NCBI GenBank assembly: GCA_964016885.1
Contig: OZ024742.1
Span: 162,316,001-162,380,000, forward strand
Source: Eledone cirrhosa
Taxonomy: Eukaryota
Direction of reading: 5' to 3'
DNA: 64,000 bases
The translations under genes and the position numbers were made by a program. Under the pieces are notes generated by a model. The model was not told where the DNA came from and ran no database searches. It was given only the letters and a program-made list of their open reading frames with translations. Each line of letters starts with the position of its first letter. Position 1 is the stretch's first letter. Below, one piece after another: positions 33,240 to 46,455 of the stretch.

Positions 33240-34010
33240 TTACCGACAATGGTGTAACACCAAATGTGCAATACCACATAGGAAACCGGACCCTCTTATG
33301 CATCAAATGCTCAAAAGCTGGGGAACCAACAGTAACGCAAAGTTGAGCGCCAATAAACTATATATATACACACAAGATTCGAACAATATCGTTCCTATCT
33401 CCATGGGTGTATTGACGTTTCGATGCCTTCTCGTCTCTATCTTCATAATCAGAATAGTATTTGTAGAATCTCTAGATTTGTTCCTAAAGTCAGTCCAGAA
33501 TACCACCCCATTCTTGGACATAAACATAGAAATTAGGAATAACAAATACAGCACTATTATTTACAGGGCGGTAGATTGGCAGTATCGGTAGAGGGTCGGA
33601 CGCCATGCTTTCCAGCATAGTTACGTCCCTTTACGATCTGAGTTCAAATCCCGCCGAGGTTGAGATCCCCAACCCCTCCTATTTTACAACGTATGGTATT
33701 TCTGGTAATGAACTTTTTTTGTCATGTATAATGTTTTTTAATGTATGAAGAAAATTAATTATCGCTGGAATGCTACCACTTAAAATAAAACTTCGCCGGG
33801 GATAGATTAGCAAAATTTAATAAGAGGGCGTAGTTAAAACTCTCATTAGAAGAGCTTTTAAAGGCTCATCCACTAAGGATGATTTCAATAAGCCAATCTC
33901 GTGTGTAAAACAAACATTGGTTAACAACACATGATGCATAAGAGGGTCCGGTTTCCTATGTGGTATTGCACATTTTGCCGTATAACATTTCGCCATACTG
34001 TCACAACCGA
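33240..34010. mobile_element. Decayed PLE fragment with inverted repeat, interrupted by a SINE head (33565-33662)
   Basis: PFLDINIEIRNNKYSTIIYR resembles the PLE RT thumb motif; 33262-33305 is inverted at 33932-33976. Confidence 0.5.
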
Positions 34011-34416
34011 AGCTGCACCAAAAAATATATACACAAACCAAAGATTTCGTTTGCTACAAGAACCAAATGCACTCTGGTTATAGAATGGAGGAACACATCA
34101 TTAAAAAAAAATCATAAAACATACATTGATCCTAACTACAAACTCAGTTAGAATATACTACAAAAATACCCCTCACTAAAAAAACAAACAAAGCAAAACA
34201 AAAAACTCATATTTAACATTAAAGATGATAAATGTCATGTATATATTTCAATGAAAACCTGAAAGTTGTGAACTTCATGGTCAAAATTGTTACATTGGTC
34301 GCACAAACTACAACACTTTCCTGTCGGTTTATTATGCACTTACAACAAGAGCCATCACAACATATTTCTATGTAGTACATGTAAAGAAATGAGATAAGAT
34401 TACATTTTATATGTGA

Positions 34417-34705
34417 AGGCGCATGGCTTAGTGATTAGTACGTCGGACTTACAATCGTGAGGTTGTGAGTTCGATTCCCGGACCGGGCGATGCGTTGTGT
34501 CTTTGGGCAAGATACTTTATTTCACGTTGCCCCAGTTTACTCGGTTGTAGAAATGAATTGCGACGTCACTTGTGCCAAGCTGTATCGTCTATTGCCTTTC
34601 CTTTAGACAACATCGGTGGCTTGGAGAGGGGAGACTGGTATGTATGGGTGACTGCTGGTCTTCCACAAATAACTATGCCTAGATTTGTGCCTCGGAAGAG
34701 AACTT
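34417..34705 (+). mobile_element. tRNA-derived SINE, family B-related
   Basis: tggcttagtg A-box, gttcgattcc B-box, ttgggcaagatactt body. Confidence 0.8.
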
Positions 34706-35138
34706 TCTCTTGCCATTCCTTCCCTTTTCCGTTTTTTCTCTCTTTTTTTTTCATATTTTCCTATTTTACATTCCATTCTTCTCAATCTAAATTTTCTTTT
34801 TTTCTTTTTCTATTACACTGTATTTAAATGATATATTCCATAAATAACATTTTCATTTTAACGGATTTATAGTAACTGTCATGAGCAATTTTAAATGAAG
34901 CAACCACGATCCTCTCTCACTCCAATCATACTTAATGACCACTGCTAAACACATGGCAAACATACCACTAGTATGACAATTCTGATTCTGAAGGTGGGGA
35001 TTTGAAGACTTTGAAACGTTAATACATACATGCTACTGTTCCAAGCACCACCTAAAGATTTAATAAGGAAATGATCAAACTGTAGCACAGTTGCATTTTC
35101 AATATAATTACATATACACACGCACAGACGCACACGCA

Positions 35139-35218
<80 letters not shown>

Positions 35219-35681
35219 GGCGGTGGAAGCATTTCTGAATTTGCGGGGGATGGGGCAAATTTGGTCAATTTAGTTGTAGTGATTAGTTTAGCTGTTATTA
35301 TCGAATATCAACCAAGATATAAAAAAAAACTTCGATATGCGATAAACATAACATGTACTTAAATTGTAGAGTATATACAAATAGATGTCTTTTGGTATTT
35401 TTTTTGGGGGGTGGGGGTGGGGGGAAGAGAAATATATAATTAATGGACACACACGCACACACCCATATATATATAGTGAAAGAGTGAGGAATAATATGGT
35501 CGGCTGTACAAAAGGGTTTTATTTACAGTATTAACAATTATTTCATTGATCAGGTGAGTCTAAAGGCCGCTGATCACTCGAAATTGCGTCACTCAACCTT
35601 AAATACAGTGTGTGTCTGATCAAATCATCGGAATACTAACTGGATTACCTAAAACGATAACTTGTTATCCCATATGTATAT

Positions 35682-37327
35682 ATAGGAACAAGAATGACCC
35701 CGACGGCAGAGCTCAAGCCGTTTCGACGGCTAATTCTGGACTAAATAAGAATTTTTAGCCTGGTAAATAAATAGCCGAACTTCTCAGGGGGTAATTCCTT
35801 ATATGGGAAGATAGTAATTGTCAAAAGGATTGGTCAAAAATTTGTTGTAAAGACAGATGATTCTATCATGGCATTTGGTGGGAGGTAGGGGTAGCTGAAC
35901 TTGCCGGTAGAACAAAGAGGGAGTGGGGGAAACCCAGTCAGGCGTTGAAAGTGAAATCTATACAGCAGATTTTAAGGATAGTGTATAGAAGGTCTAAAAA
36001 AGTGTACTGGAGAAGGGGAAGGGAGGGAGTTGAAAGAATAGGTAAATCGAAAGGGAGTAAACAAAAAAAAACATTATAAAAATAAGGAAATAAATATATA
36101 AAAAACAATTTCTGGTTACTACTCCATTTCCACAATCACCAAATCTCTCATTGGTATTGCTAAGCTATAGAAAAGTTTAATAGGTGGAGAAAAATACTAA
36201 ATACGAGATTGTAGTGAAAGCATTTTATAAAGCCGGCTTTACAAGGGGTCTAACACCACTGCTATAGTTAGTAGTAATCAGCCAATGCTATCTTACAATG
36301 ACAGGTTAATAAGTTGAGAACAAAAGTACTAAAATACTACTACAAAAATACGAATATGAAATATTAATACAGAAATACTAATACAAGAATACTAATACAA
36401 AAATACCACTAAGAAATTTAGAAATCACAGAAATGGAGCAGAAAGAAAACAATTTACTGGGGTCTAAAACATCTGCTATAAAAAGCGTAATCGGCCAATT
36501 CTATCTTAAAATTAGGGGGGTGGGTACTGAGGCTACAGAGGACCGATGGGCTGCATCGGGGTAGGCGAAAAGGTGAAGAAAAGACAAGGAAGGAGATCTG
36601 GGGTGGAAGGACTAGGAAGAGATGGGGGGAAGAAGGAAAAGATAAAAAAGTTACATCTACCTTTGTAAGCAGGGGTAACCCCGAACAAAATCGGCAAGTG
36701 GGGTGTTTCAGCTCTTGTCTACCACTCGTATTTAGTATTTTTCTCCACCTATTAAACTTTTTTATAGCTTAGCAATACCAATGAGAGATTTGGTGATTGT
36801 GGAAATGGAGTAGTAACCAGAAATTGTTTTTTATATATTTATTTCCTTATTTTTATAATAGTTTTTTTGTTTACTCCCTTTCGATTTACCTATTCTTTCA
36901 ACTCCCTCCCCCTTCCCATTCTCCAGTACACTTTTTTAGACCTTCTATACACTATCCTTAGAATCTGCTGTATAGATTTCACTTCCAACGCCTGACTGGG
37001 TTTCCCCCACTCCCTCTTTGTTCTACCGGCAAGTTCAGCTACCCCTACCTCCCACCAAATGCCATGATAGAATCATCTGTCTTTACAACAAATTTTTGAC
37101 CAATCCTTTTGACAATTACTATCTTCCCATATAAGGAATTACCCCCTGAGAAGTTCGGCTATTTATTTACCAGGCTAAAAATTCTTATTTAGTCCAGAAT
37201 TAGCCGTCGAAACGGCTTGAGCTCTGCCGTCGGGGTCATACTTGTTCCTATTACCCACTCTACTACCCTAGGTATTGAGTACTTTGGTGCGTTATGGTCC
37301 ATCTGGTTCCTTACCATATTTCCTTCG

Positions 37328-37330
<3 letters not shown>
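35682..37330 (+). mobile_element. Non-coding PLE-related element with ~525-bp inverted arms
   Basis: 35682-36207 is a near-perfect reverse complement of 36725-37251; ~80-bp unique tail, then (TA)n; HHR-like fold inside the arms. Confidence 0.8.
37141..37236 (+). ncRNA. Type I hammerhead-like motif with variant core CUGAGAA (mirror copy ~35696-35792, minus strand)
   Basis: acccc-CUGAGAA-g..cggcta...tagccg.c-GAAAC-ggc...gcc-GUC-ggggt. Confidence 0.6.
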
Positions 37331-37366
<36 letters not shown>

Positions 37367-37441
37367 GTATATATATTTAAAAAAAAGGAAAAGAATGACT
37401 TTACTGGTAGTGTTAACAAATTTTATGATTTAATGTTATAA

Positions 37442-37612
37442 TATCGGTAGAGAGTCGGACGCCATGCTTTGACGCATAGTTACGGCCCTTGCCATTCTGA
37501 GCTCAAATCCCGCCGAGGTTAACTTTGCCTTTCATCCTTACGGGGTCGATAAAATAAAGTACCAGTAATGCACTGGGTAATTGCTGGCCTTGTGCCAAAA
37601 GTAGAAACAATT
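37442..37612 (+). mobile_element. SINE family A at the centre of a ~62-bp-arm palindrome (37380-37676)
   Basis: Flanks are mutual reverse complements. Confidence 0.8.
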
Positions 37613-37736
37613 TATATTATAACATTAAATCATAACATTTTTAACACTACAAGTGAAGTCATTCTTTTCCTTTTTTCCAAATATACCTAACTGTACCAAG
37701 GATCTCACACATTTTCCAATATATATATATATTGGA

Positions 37737-38308
<572 letters not shown>

Positions 38309-38431
38309 CGCGCCCATATATATATTTGTATGTATTTCTCGTCGTTTAATTTTGCTATTGTAGTCACTAAACAGATAATGTAGAATATATATGTATATTT
38401 AGCTATCTCTCCACACCACTTTACCGAATAC

Positions 38432-38480
<49 letters not shown>

Positions 38481-38481
38481 C

Positions 38482-38529
<48 letters not shown>

Positions 38530-38995
38530 ATGAGAAGAAAGAAGAATACTGCGTGGTTGCACATGGGTTACATATGATAAAATTAGTCCTTCGTCAGTGA
38601 TTTGCCAACCATCATTGATATTTCATCGCATAAAAAATCATATACCTCAGGTTGGTGCGAGCAATAACTAAAAAAAGCTATTGGGACAAGTAAATCGCGT
38701 AAAGCGAGTGAGACAAGTAAACAACATAGAAGGATGAAAGCAACGCAAAGATGGGAATAAACAAGCAACATGGTTATCCGGTCAGCATAAGCTGGGTGGA
38801 TTTCATGAGCGGTCAAAATACAGACCGTCCGACGTGAGTGAGATGTGAGCAAGAAGAGAACCCACTACTAGCCAAACGGGAGGAAGTGAGAAGGGGAGAA
38901 ACAGAGAGTGAGTGAGTGGAAGTGCGAGGAAGAGGTCAGTCGAGAAAAAGTGTAACTGACAGAGGGGGCAAAATATATATATATATATATATATA

Positions 38996-39360
38996 TACCT
39001 TAATTCAAACCCTAGTCTCCCTACTCCACCTACCCTCCTCGCCGCCCCAACCTTTTGACATTTGTCGTGAGATACGGTTAACTAAAAGAACGAATAATTT
39101 CCAATGGTTTTAAAATTCAGATTTGTTGAAAACACAAAACTGTAAAGAAAACTCATTTCATCTGACCTCCAAATCCATCGGAAACGACTCGTTTTTTTTT
39201 TAGAAATTGGAGGTGGGAGAGGGACCTTCAGAGGTTTCTTTACGGTTGTGTACTTTTAACGAATCTGACTTTTAAAATCGTTTGAAATTATTCATTTTTT
39301 ATTTGACCGTATTTCACGACAAATGTCGGAAGATTGGGGCGGCTAGGGTTTAGGTTAGGG

Positions 39361-39362
<2 letters not shown>
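38996..39362. mobile_element. Fold-back MITE inserted in (TA)n
   Basis: ~150-bp imperfect TIRs, taccttaa..aaaccctag / ctagggttt..ttagggta. Confidence 0.7.
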
Positions 39363-39412
<50 letters not shown>

Positions 39413-39416
<4 letters not shown>

Positions 39417-39476
39417 GCCAGTGTGTGTTGATATGCGACTATTTGAGAACATAGAAACAATCTCATTGAGGTTTCG

Positions 39477-39513
<37 letters not shown>

Positions 39514-39587
39514 CAAATAACGAAACGAAATTAAATTTCGTTTCATTTGTAACTCACTTTTGTATGACTGACGCTTTAACTTAATTG

Positions 39588-39643
<56 letters not shown>

Positions 39644-41460
39644 CGAAACCTCAATGAGATTGTTTCTATGTTTTCAAATAATCGCATATCAACACACACT
39701 GGCCTTTAAACTCAGTCAACCAAACTTAGATGCCAATTCCTTTGTTTGAGCTAGCATTGTCACCGTTTAGATTTACGATCTATGTGTAAAAGGAAATTAT
39801 GAAAGGCCACCTGTTTAATGTTTCTGGGCAATGCATTCTTATAAATACTACAATTTTGGCTCCCAAATGACTGTTTGCTTCTTCACTCTGCCGTAAACAG
39901 ACTCTCGCTTCCAGGCTGGGCAAGCAGTTCCAATCTATGTGGTCGGCTTTTCTGGTCAGGCACACCAACTTAAACTGAGGTTAGAGAATGAATTTACTAC
40001 TTTTAGATTCTACATTCACATACACAAAGTCAACCAACTTAAACGCATCGCAAACATCCAAGGTACCATATTAAAAGATTTTTCTGTTTGTTCATAATTA
40101 GCGGTGTCTTGTTCATTTGTAAATTCATATAAATGTGAGTGGGGAAATCGTCTTCGCAACAATATCACATCACCACAACTAGCGACTACAACTACTGGTT
40201 TCCTTGACTATGGCAAAACTTTATTAGTCTTTCGACTCATTGAGACAAACTTCACTCACCTGCCATTGATTCGACAACTCAACCACCCACTAAATTGGTA
40301 ATCCGATGTTAGAAAACGCAGCCTTCAGAGCAGTTTACAAACACGGAGTTTTCTGATAATCTCAACAAACGCTATGCCTTTTAAAAACCAAAAGAATAGA
40401 ATGCCGAAAGTATATGCACACAATCTTCTTCAATGAACAGACATTGAATCCGGAAACAAATAACAAACTTTCATCAAATAACAGAAATATGTTCCGAACG
40501 CAACCTTTTCTACAAGTTATTGGTATCATACGATCGTCGCTGCTGCTGTTGCTGCTGCAACATCAATGACAACAGCAGCAGCAAGACCAACAGATTCAGG
40601 TTTTGGCTCGAGCGGTGACGACCGACATAAATAATAAAACGCAGACGTGCACAGCAGCAAGAACAAAAAACAGCGACGGCCGGCTCATTAAAAAAAGCAC
40701 GCGCGCGCGCGCGCACACACACACAAGTACTGTATAAACTCAGATTGTTTACGACAGTTATTAATTTTCTTCTTCTTCCGTCTGGGAAAAACAAAACTAT
40801 GATCATGTACTCTAACTGCCATTTTTTTCTAAATTTCACACGCGTAGACGTTTTGATGTTTCATTTTTCTTTAACCTTCTCCATTGATCATCCCATGCAT
40901 GGAATTTGTATTTCATGTGTACACGCCTACGAACACACATAACCTCAGGCATTTTTACTTGTTTTTTTACTTGTTTTATTTTATTTTTTTCACATGTGAG
41001 ATATCACTTGATAACTCTCTCTTTTCTCTTTCACTCCCAGCTAGTGTTGAAGTAATGGAATAGATTTCGGATCTCAATCGCCTAGATCCTCTTAGGCGCG
41101 CAACTGAAACGTATTAGCAGACGCACATTTTACTTACAATTACACACAAACGCCGATGGCTTTACTTCAATATTGTTTTAGATTCTCGACTCATTATGAA
41201 ATACAAACTTAGCTTTTTAACATATCTAGAGTGACTGAGGCTCCATATATCTAAATCCAGCAAAGATCTTGATCCCACGTTTTTCAAATCACGCTCTAAC
41301 CGTCCGATTTCGCTACCTCATCTATTAACGATCGCTGCACCTGCATCGATCTGGGCGGGAAATTATGTAGCAAAACCTCAATGAGGCCAGGCAATTTCTC
41401 ACCGAACGCCAGTAGGTGATTTGCTACAAATTTACTTATATACACTCAACTGTTCGTGTG
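39413..41460 (+). mobile_element. Possible highly decayed PLE with inverted 5' arm
   Basis: 39413-39477 is inverted at 39643-39707; gcgaaacctcaatgag recurs at 41369 as an HHR stem III relic; weak ILD..VTEA.YI remnant near 41180-41260. Confidence 0.35.
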
Positions 41461-41651
41461 TATATGGTACTAAGTTGAATAACTGTCTAGCTAGTCTCAA
41501 AAATAACATTTCACCTGTGTATATATAGAGATGGCGACTTGAATAGGCCTGTTTCTTCTCAAATAATTTTTTTTTCGTTTCTGCCACTACCACTCTCCTC
41601 TATCTTTTCATTTCTTCTTTAATTTCTCATTCAATTTTCTGATGAAGTCCT

Positions 41652-41766
41652 TGTGGCGTGCGGTAGCCGGAAGCGGGGGAGTGCTCGACCGGAAGGGTGC
41701 TTGGCCGGAAGGATGCTCGACCGGAAGGGCCAGCAGAGGGCCTCTCTAGTGGTGACCAGCAACGGT
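41652..41766 (+). repeat. 5' LTR (only the first 115 bp retained)
   Basis: Matches 45337-45451 with about 3 substitutions. Confidence 0.85.
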
Positions 41767-41850
41767 TATGAAAAAAAAAAAGAAAGCTACTGGAAAAACA
41801 GAGAGGAGCCTGTTGTTTTTTTTATCACGTACCGCAAGTCAAATTAGAAG

Positions 41851-42612
41851 ATGGCGACAAGACTACGAACAAGCGAAGCTATCAGGGCATTTACCGGGGA
41901 AGGTGATGTTGTCGCTTGGCTGCGAAAAGTTCGGCTGGTCGCAAGCTTGCAGAAGATAGAAGATGTGGCTGGCCTCATGACACTGTACCTCGAGAGGGAC
42001 GCGTTGGTACTCTTCCTTGAGTTGGACGAACACAGCCAAAGAGATGCGCAAAAGATTGAGTGGCGCATGATAGAAGCATTCGCAGAGGGACCGTTAGCCG
42101 CTTTCGCTAAGCTGGCAAGAATTAGATGGAACGGTGAAGGAGTCGACATTTTCGCAGCGGAAATACGGCGATTGGCTATGTTGGCTGGATATCAGGTGGA
42201 ATGCGAACGCACGGTGCGGTTGGCGTTCATAAATGGATTTCCAGACGACATAGCGGTGAAACTGCAGCAAGTCCCGGGTTACAAAGAAATGGAAATGCGT
42301 TCACTGGTGGAACAAGCCCGGATCATAGCAGAAGATGCCAAACAGAGTGTTGCGGCGATAGCAACTACAGAGGCTCAAGACAGCTGGCAGCGAAATGGTG
42401 AAAGGGAGGCAACCACGGCACGCGGTCGCCCGCGAACGTTTAGAGGTCGCTGTTTTCGGTGCCAGGGCCCGCACATGGCTAGAGACTGCAGAGAGTCAAG
42501 GCCGGAAATAATATGCTACCCGTGTAAGCGACCAGGCCACATCGCTGTTAACTGCGACCAGGGAAACGATCCAAGGGGAACTACTGCGCCGGTAGTTGCC
42601 CCTTACGAGTAG
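41851..42612 (+). CDS. gag: Gag with two zinc knuckles
   Basis: Intact 253-aa ORF; CFRCQGPHMARDC and CYPCKRPGHIAVNC. Confidence 0.85.
   Translation: MATRLRTSEAIRAFTGEGDVVAWLRKVRLVASLQKIEDVAGLMTLYLERDALVLFLELDEHSQRDAQKIEWRMIEAFAEGPLAAFAKLARIRWNGEGVDIFAAEIRRLAMLAGYQVECERTVRLAFINGFPDDIAVKLQQVPGYKEMEMRSLVEQARIIAEDAKQSVAAIATTEAQDSWQRNGEREATTARGRPRTFRGRCFRCQGPHMARDCRESRPEIICYPCKRPGHIAVNCDQGNDPRGTTAPVVAPYE
42561..42602 (+). promoter_or_regulatory. -1 programmed ribosomal frameshift signal
   Basis: G GGA AAC in gag phase, 7-nt spacer, hairpin ggggaactac..gtagttgcccc; -1 frame is open into the protease. Confidence 0.8.
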
Positions 42613-45313
42613 AGGCGCTGCCCGTGGTGGAAGTCTTCGTGAGGGGAAAGCCACAGCGATCCCTCGTGGACACGGGCTGTACGACGACACTGGTGACCGC
42701 GGGGGTGGCGCAGAGGTGGAGAGGGAAGAGCAGCGTAAGGGCAGTCGACGGCAGGAAAATTGAATGCCGAGGCCGCAGCGAGATGGAAATAGCGGTACGG
42801 GGAAGGAAAATAAGGCTTTCTGCCATCGTAGTGGACAGCATGGTGGATGGGATCGGCGTGGTTATGGGCATGGACGCAATTGGCCGTCTAGGAGGCGTCA
42901 CAGTGAACAACGTCGGTGTGTCGTTTGGCGCCGCTGCATCGGTATGCGCTGTGAGTGCGCGACAGGAGAACCAGAAGGCCCACGAGGAGAAATACCCCGC
43001 TTACACTGTGCAGGACAAAGACTTCAAGGCCGTGTTCGATGGGCAGCGATGGGTTGTTGAGTGGTACTGGAAGGGAGAACCACCAACACTGAAGACCAAA
43101 GTGGGCTGCTATCAACACATATTGAAGCGAAACATTAGGAGCGAGAGGTAGAGAGATGGATTGAGGAGGGCATACTGCTTCCCTGGAAAGAGGAGGTGAA
43201 GTGCGGAGTATTGCCGTTAATGGCGGTGGCGTAACCCACGAAGAACAAGGTGAGGCCGGTGCTGGACTTTCGGGAGATGAACGAGCACGAGTCATGCCAC
43301 ACGGGTGGCGAGGTCACGGATGTCTGTGGGGAAACCCTGCGTGAGTGGAGACGCATGACGGGGGGTTCAGCAATCGTAGATCTAAAGTCGGCATACTTGC
43401 AATTGCATATAGATGAGAAGCTCTGGCAGTATCAGCTGGTCAGGTATAAGGGTCAGACATATTGCCTGACCAGGCTCGGTTTCGGGCTGAGCTCCGCACC
43501 GAAGATCATGGCGGCAGTCCTCAAGACCATTCTGGGAAAGGCCGACATGATGAAGTGGGCCACTAACTCCTATATGGACGAGTCTGTGGTGTCGGCGGCG
43601 GAGGTCACGAGCCATTTACAGGGGTATGGACTGGCTGCGAAGCAGTCAGAAGCGTTGGAGGGAGGAGCCGCGCTGGGACTTAGGCTACGGCGAGACAGGA
43701 CGGGCGTCTTGGTATTCCAGAGGGGAAATGAAGTTCCAGAACTGTCCCAAGTATGAGTAGGCGGGAGCTTTTCTCGGAGTGTGGAAAGTTGGTGGGTCAC
43801 TACCCGATTGCTGGGTGGCTCCGGACGGCATGCAGCTATGTCAAGAGACGAGCGGGAGGAGTGACAGAGTGGGAGAGAGGACGGTGGCCATGATGCAGGA
43901 GATCGTGGGGAGGGTGAAGGCAGACGACCCAGTGCGGAGACGCTGGTATGTTCCCAAATCACAGAGCGGGACTGTATGGTGCGATCCAGCAGCATAGCGC
44001 TGGGTGTCACGTTGGAGATAGGAGGTGTTGAGGTCGAGGATGCAGCCCGGCTTAGGAAGAAGGACGACTGCAACCACATCAATGTGGCCGAACTGGACGC
44101 AGTGTTGAGAGGGGTGAACCTCGCCCTGAGGTGGGGACTGCGCACCATCGAGATGCGCAAGGACTCGGCTACTGTACTCGGATGGGTGAGATCAGTGCTC
44201 ACCAGTGAGAAGAGAGTGCGAACGAGAGGGGCGGCGGAGATGCTGATAAAGCTCCGGAACCGAGTTCGACCTGAGGCTGAGCGTAGTTTTCATGCCCTCA
44301 GAGAAAAATAGGGCGGACATCTTAACTAGGGTGAAGAAAGCCTGGATGGAAGCGCCGGAGGAGGTAGAAGATGAGATAGCTGCCGTGTGTCGGCTGACCG
44401 AGTCGGATCTGAAAGGGTTGCATGACATGCAAGTGGATAGGAGTGGATAGGAGCCTGTTCCTAGCCAGGAGAATCGACTCGGACGTTAACAGACACAGTG
44501 TTCAAAGTGTGGTTAGAGGCTGCGTCCGATGTCAGTCCATTGATCCCGCCCTGGGTGTACACGAAACGGGAAGCCTCCCGGTGAATCGCGATTGGCGGTG
44601 GATGTAACGCACTACCGACAGGGAACGTACCTCTCGATGGTCGACTCTGGACCAGGACGGATGGCGATATGGAGGGAGATGAAGACTGGAACGGCCGAGG
44701 ATATCATGCGGCGTTGAGAGAAGTGTTCTTGGAGCGGGGCCCTGTGGACGAACTACTGATGGACAACAGCGCAGCGTTCCGCTCGGAGGCGCTGAGGGAG
44801 ATGCTCGATGGATGGAAGGTGGACCGTTTCTTCAGAGCAGCGACCAGGCCGAGCGGGAATGGAATTGTGGAGCGACACCACCGGACGATCAAGGCAATGG
44901 CGGAGCGGGGCCATATCTCACCAATGGAGGCAGTGGGACAGGTCGAGGAATCGGTGCCACACAGAGCAGTATTCAGATACGAGTGGCGGCACCCGTGCAC
45001 GCCACCACAACGGCCAGTGGGGAGAGAGAGTGCATTCGTGCAGGTGGGCGAAGAAGTCTGGGTTAAGCCCCCAGATGCACGTTGCGCATCTCAATGGGGA
45101 AGGGGTACGGTGACGGCCGTAAATTCCCAGAACAATGTGTCCGTGGACGGAGTACCACGTCATGTCCGTAGAATCACTGTGTCAACGGACTCCGAGGAAG
45201 AGGAAACCCAAAGTGCTGCCCCAACACTGCGGAGATCGCAAAGAAGTCGTAAACCAACAACCTGGACAGCAGACTTTCATATGCAGAAGCACGAGGGGGA
45301 AATTGATCCTTGA
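42561..45313 (+). pseudogene. pol: Disrupted pol (protease, RT, RNase H, integrase)
   Basis: LVDTGC; IVDLKSAYLQ, RLGFGL, YMDE; WCD..AELDAV; CVRC, MDNSAAF, GNGIVERHHRTIK; several frameshifts and stops. Confidence 0.9.
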
Positions 45314-45336
45314 GATCGGGGGGGGGGGGGGTATGG

Positions 45337-45576
45337 TGTGGCGTGCGGTGGCCGGAAGCGGGGGAGTGCTCGACCGGAAGGGTGCTTGGCCGGAAGGATG
45401 CTCGACTGGAAGTGCCAGCAGAGGGCCTCTCTAGTGGTGACCAGCAACGGTGTGGACGCGAGTTTTGGCAGCTCCCGGTGTTAAGCAGTTGGACGCACGT
45501 GGAAGAGGAGTAACCTGCAGTGGAATTTAGCGGCGCCTATGAAAAGCGGTAAGTGAGACAGCTTTTTCTAACCACA
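45337..45576 (+). repeat. 3' LTR (240 bp)
   Basis: Follows the PPT; TG...CA termini; followed by the TSD. Confidence 0.85.
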
Positions 45577-45703
45577 GTCCTAACATCCGAAACGTTAAGA
45601 CTCTTGTCCTACTATATCAAGCGTAATAGTAATATATTTCTTCATTGTACTGTGTCGTTTGCTTTGTTATTTCTGTTCGCCTTTTGCACACACTCACACT
45701 CAC

Positions 45704-45759
<56 letters not shown>

Positions 45760-45865
45760 AGTGTAAATAATATCTCATATACTTAACATGTATGTGCGAC
45801 CATTGGTTTAGGGTCCAGTTATGGCTACCAGAGTATTTTGGAGGAGGCACTTTCAAACTGACCCT

Positions 45866-46203
45866 TTAACTTATGTCAAAATCTCCACTGGAGGGAATAC
45901 AAAAAGTCAAACCAATATTAGAAGGTTTCGCTCGTATCGTCTCCCTAACAACAGTTTCTGGAATTAAGAAAAGATATTATCCAAATAATTATCCAAATAA
46001 ATTAAGACAACCTATATTCAATATTTATTCTACTTCCAAAGAAACCCTCTGATGAAGGAATTTCTTCCAACATTGGGTGCCTTCATTTATTAGGATAGTT
46101 AATATTCCAGAAACTGCAGTTACGAAGATGATACCAACGAAACCTTATGATATTAGTTTGTCTAGCATGTCTACCCCCAATGGAGATTTTGCCATAAGCT
46201 AAA
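45866..46203 (+). mobile_element. Old fold-back element with a hammerhead relic (46045-46125)
   Basis: Arms 45866-45965 / 46103-46203; ccct-CUGAUGA-aggaat...attcc.GAAAC-UGCA-GUU; the inverted arm supplies aggg for stem I. Confidence 0.6.
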
Positions 46204-46389
46204 CTATGTTTAAATGTTTCTCTGATTTGATGGTTATCATTCCATTGAGATTTCGAAGCATATTAGTGACAAATAACTTTCTGCTTGATATACATACATA
46301 TATACATACATACATATATATACACAAACATATATATACATACATATATATATACATACATATATATATATACATATATATATATATAC

Positions 46390-46453
<64 letters not shown>

Positions 46454-46455
<2 letters not shown>

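Larger units (their letters stand above)
41652..45576 (+). mobile_element. Gypsy/Ty3 LTR retrotransposon, 3.9 kb, defective
   Basis: TSD gtcct at 41647-41651 and 45577-45581; termini tgtgg...ccaca; order gag-PR-RT-RH-IN; poly-G PPT at 45318-45331. Confidence 0.93.

Noticed and set aside
35555-35595. Minimal hammerhead (tgagt..gaaattgcgtc-actca)
   Set aside because: Core reads ctaaagg and stem II is absent; at most a relic
38585-38600. Minus-strand CUGACGA
   Set aside because: No downstream GAAA or stem III found
41764-41770. ggttatg as a copia-type PBS
   Set aside because: Domain order is Gypsy and the motif lies at a deletion junction in the 5' LTR
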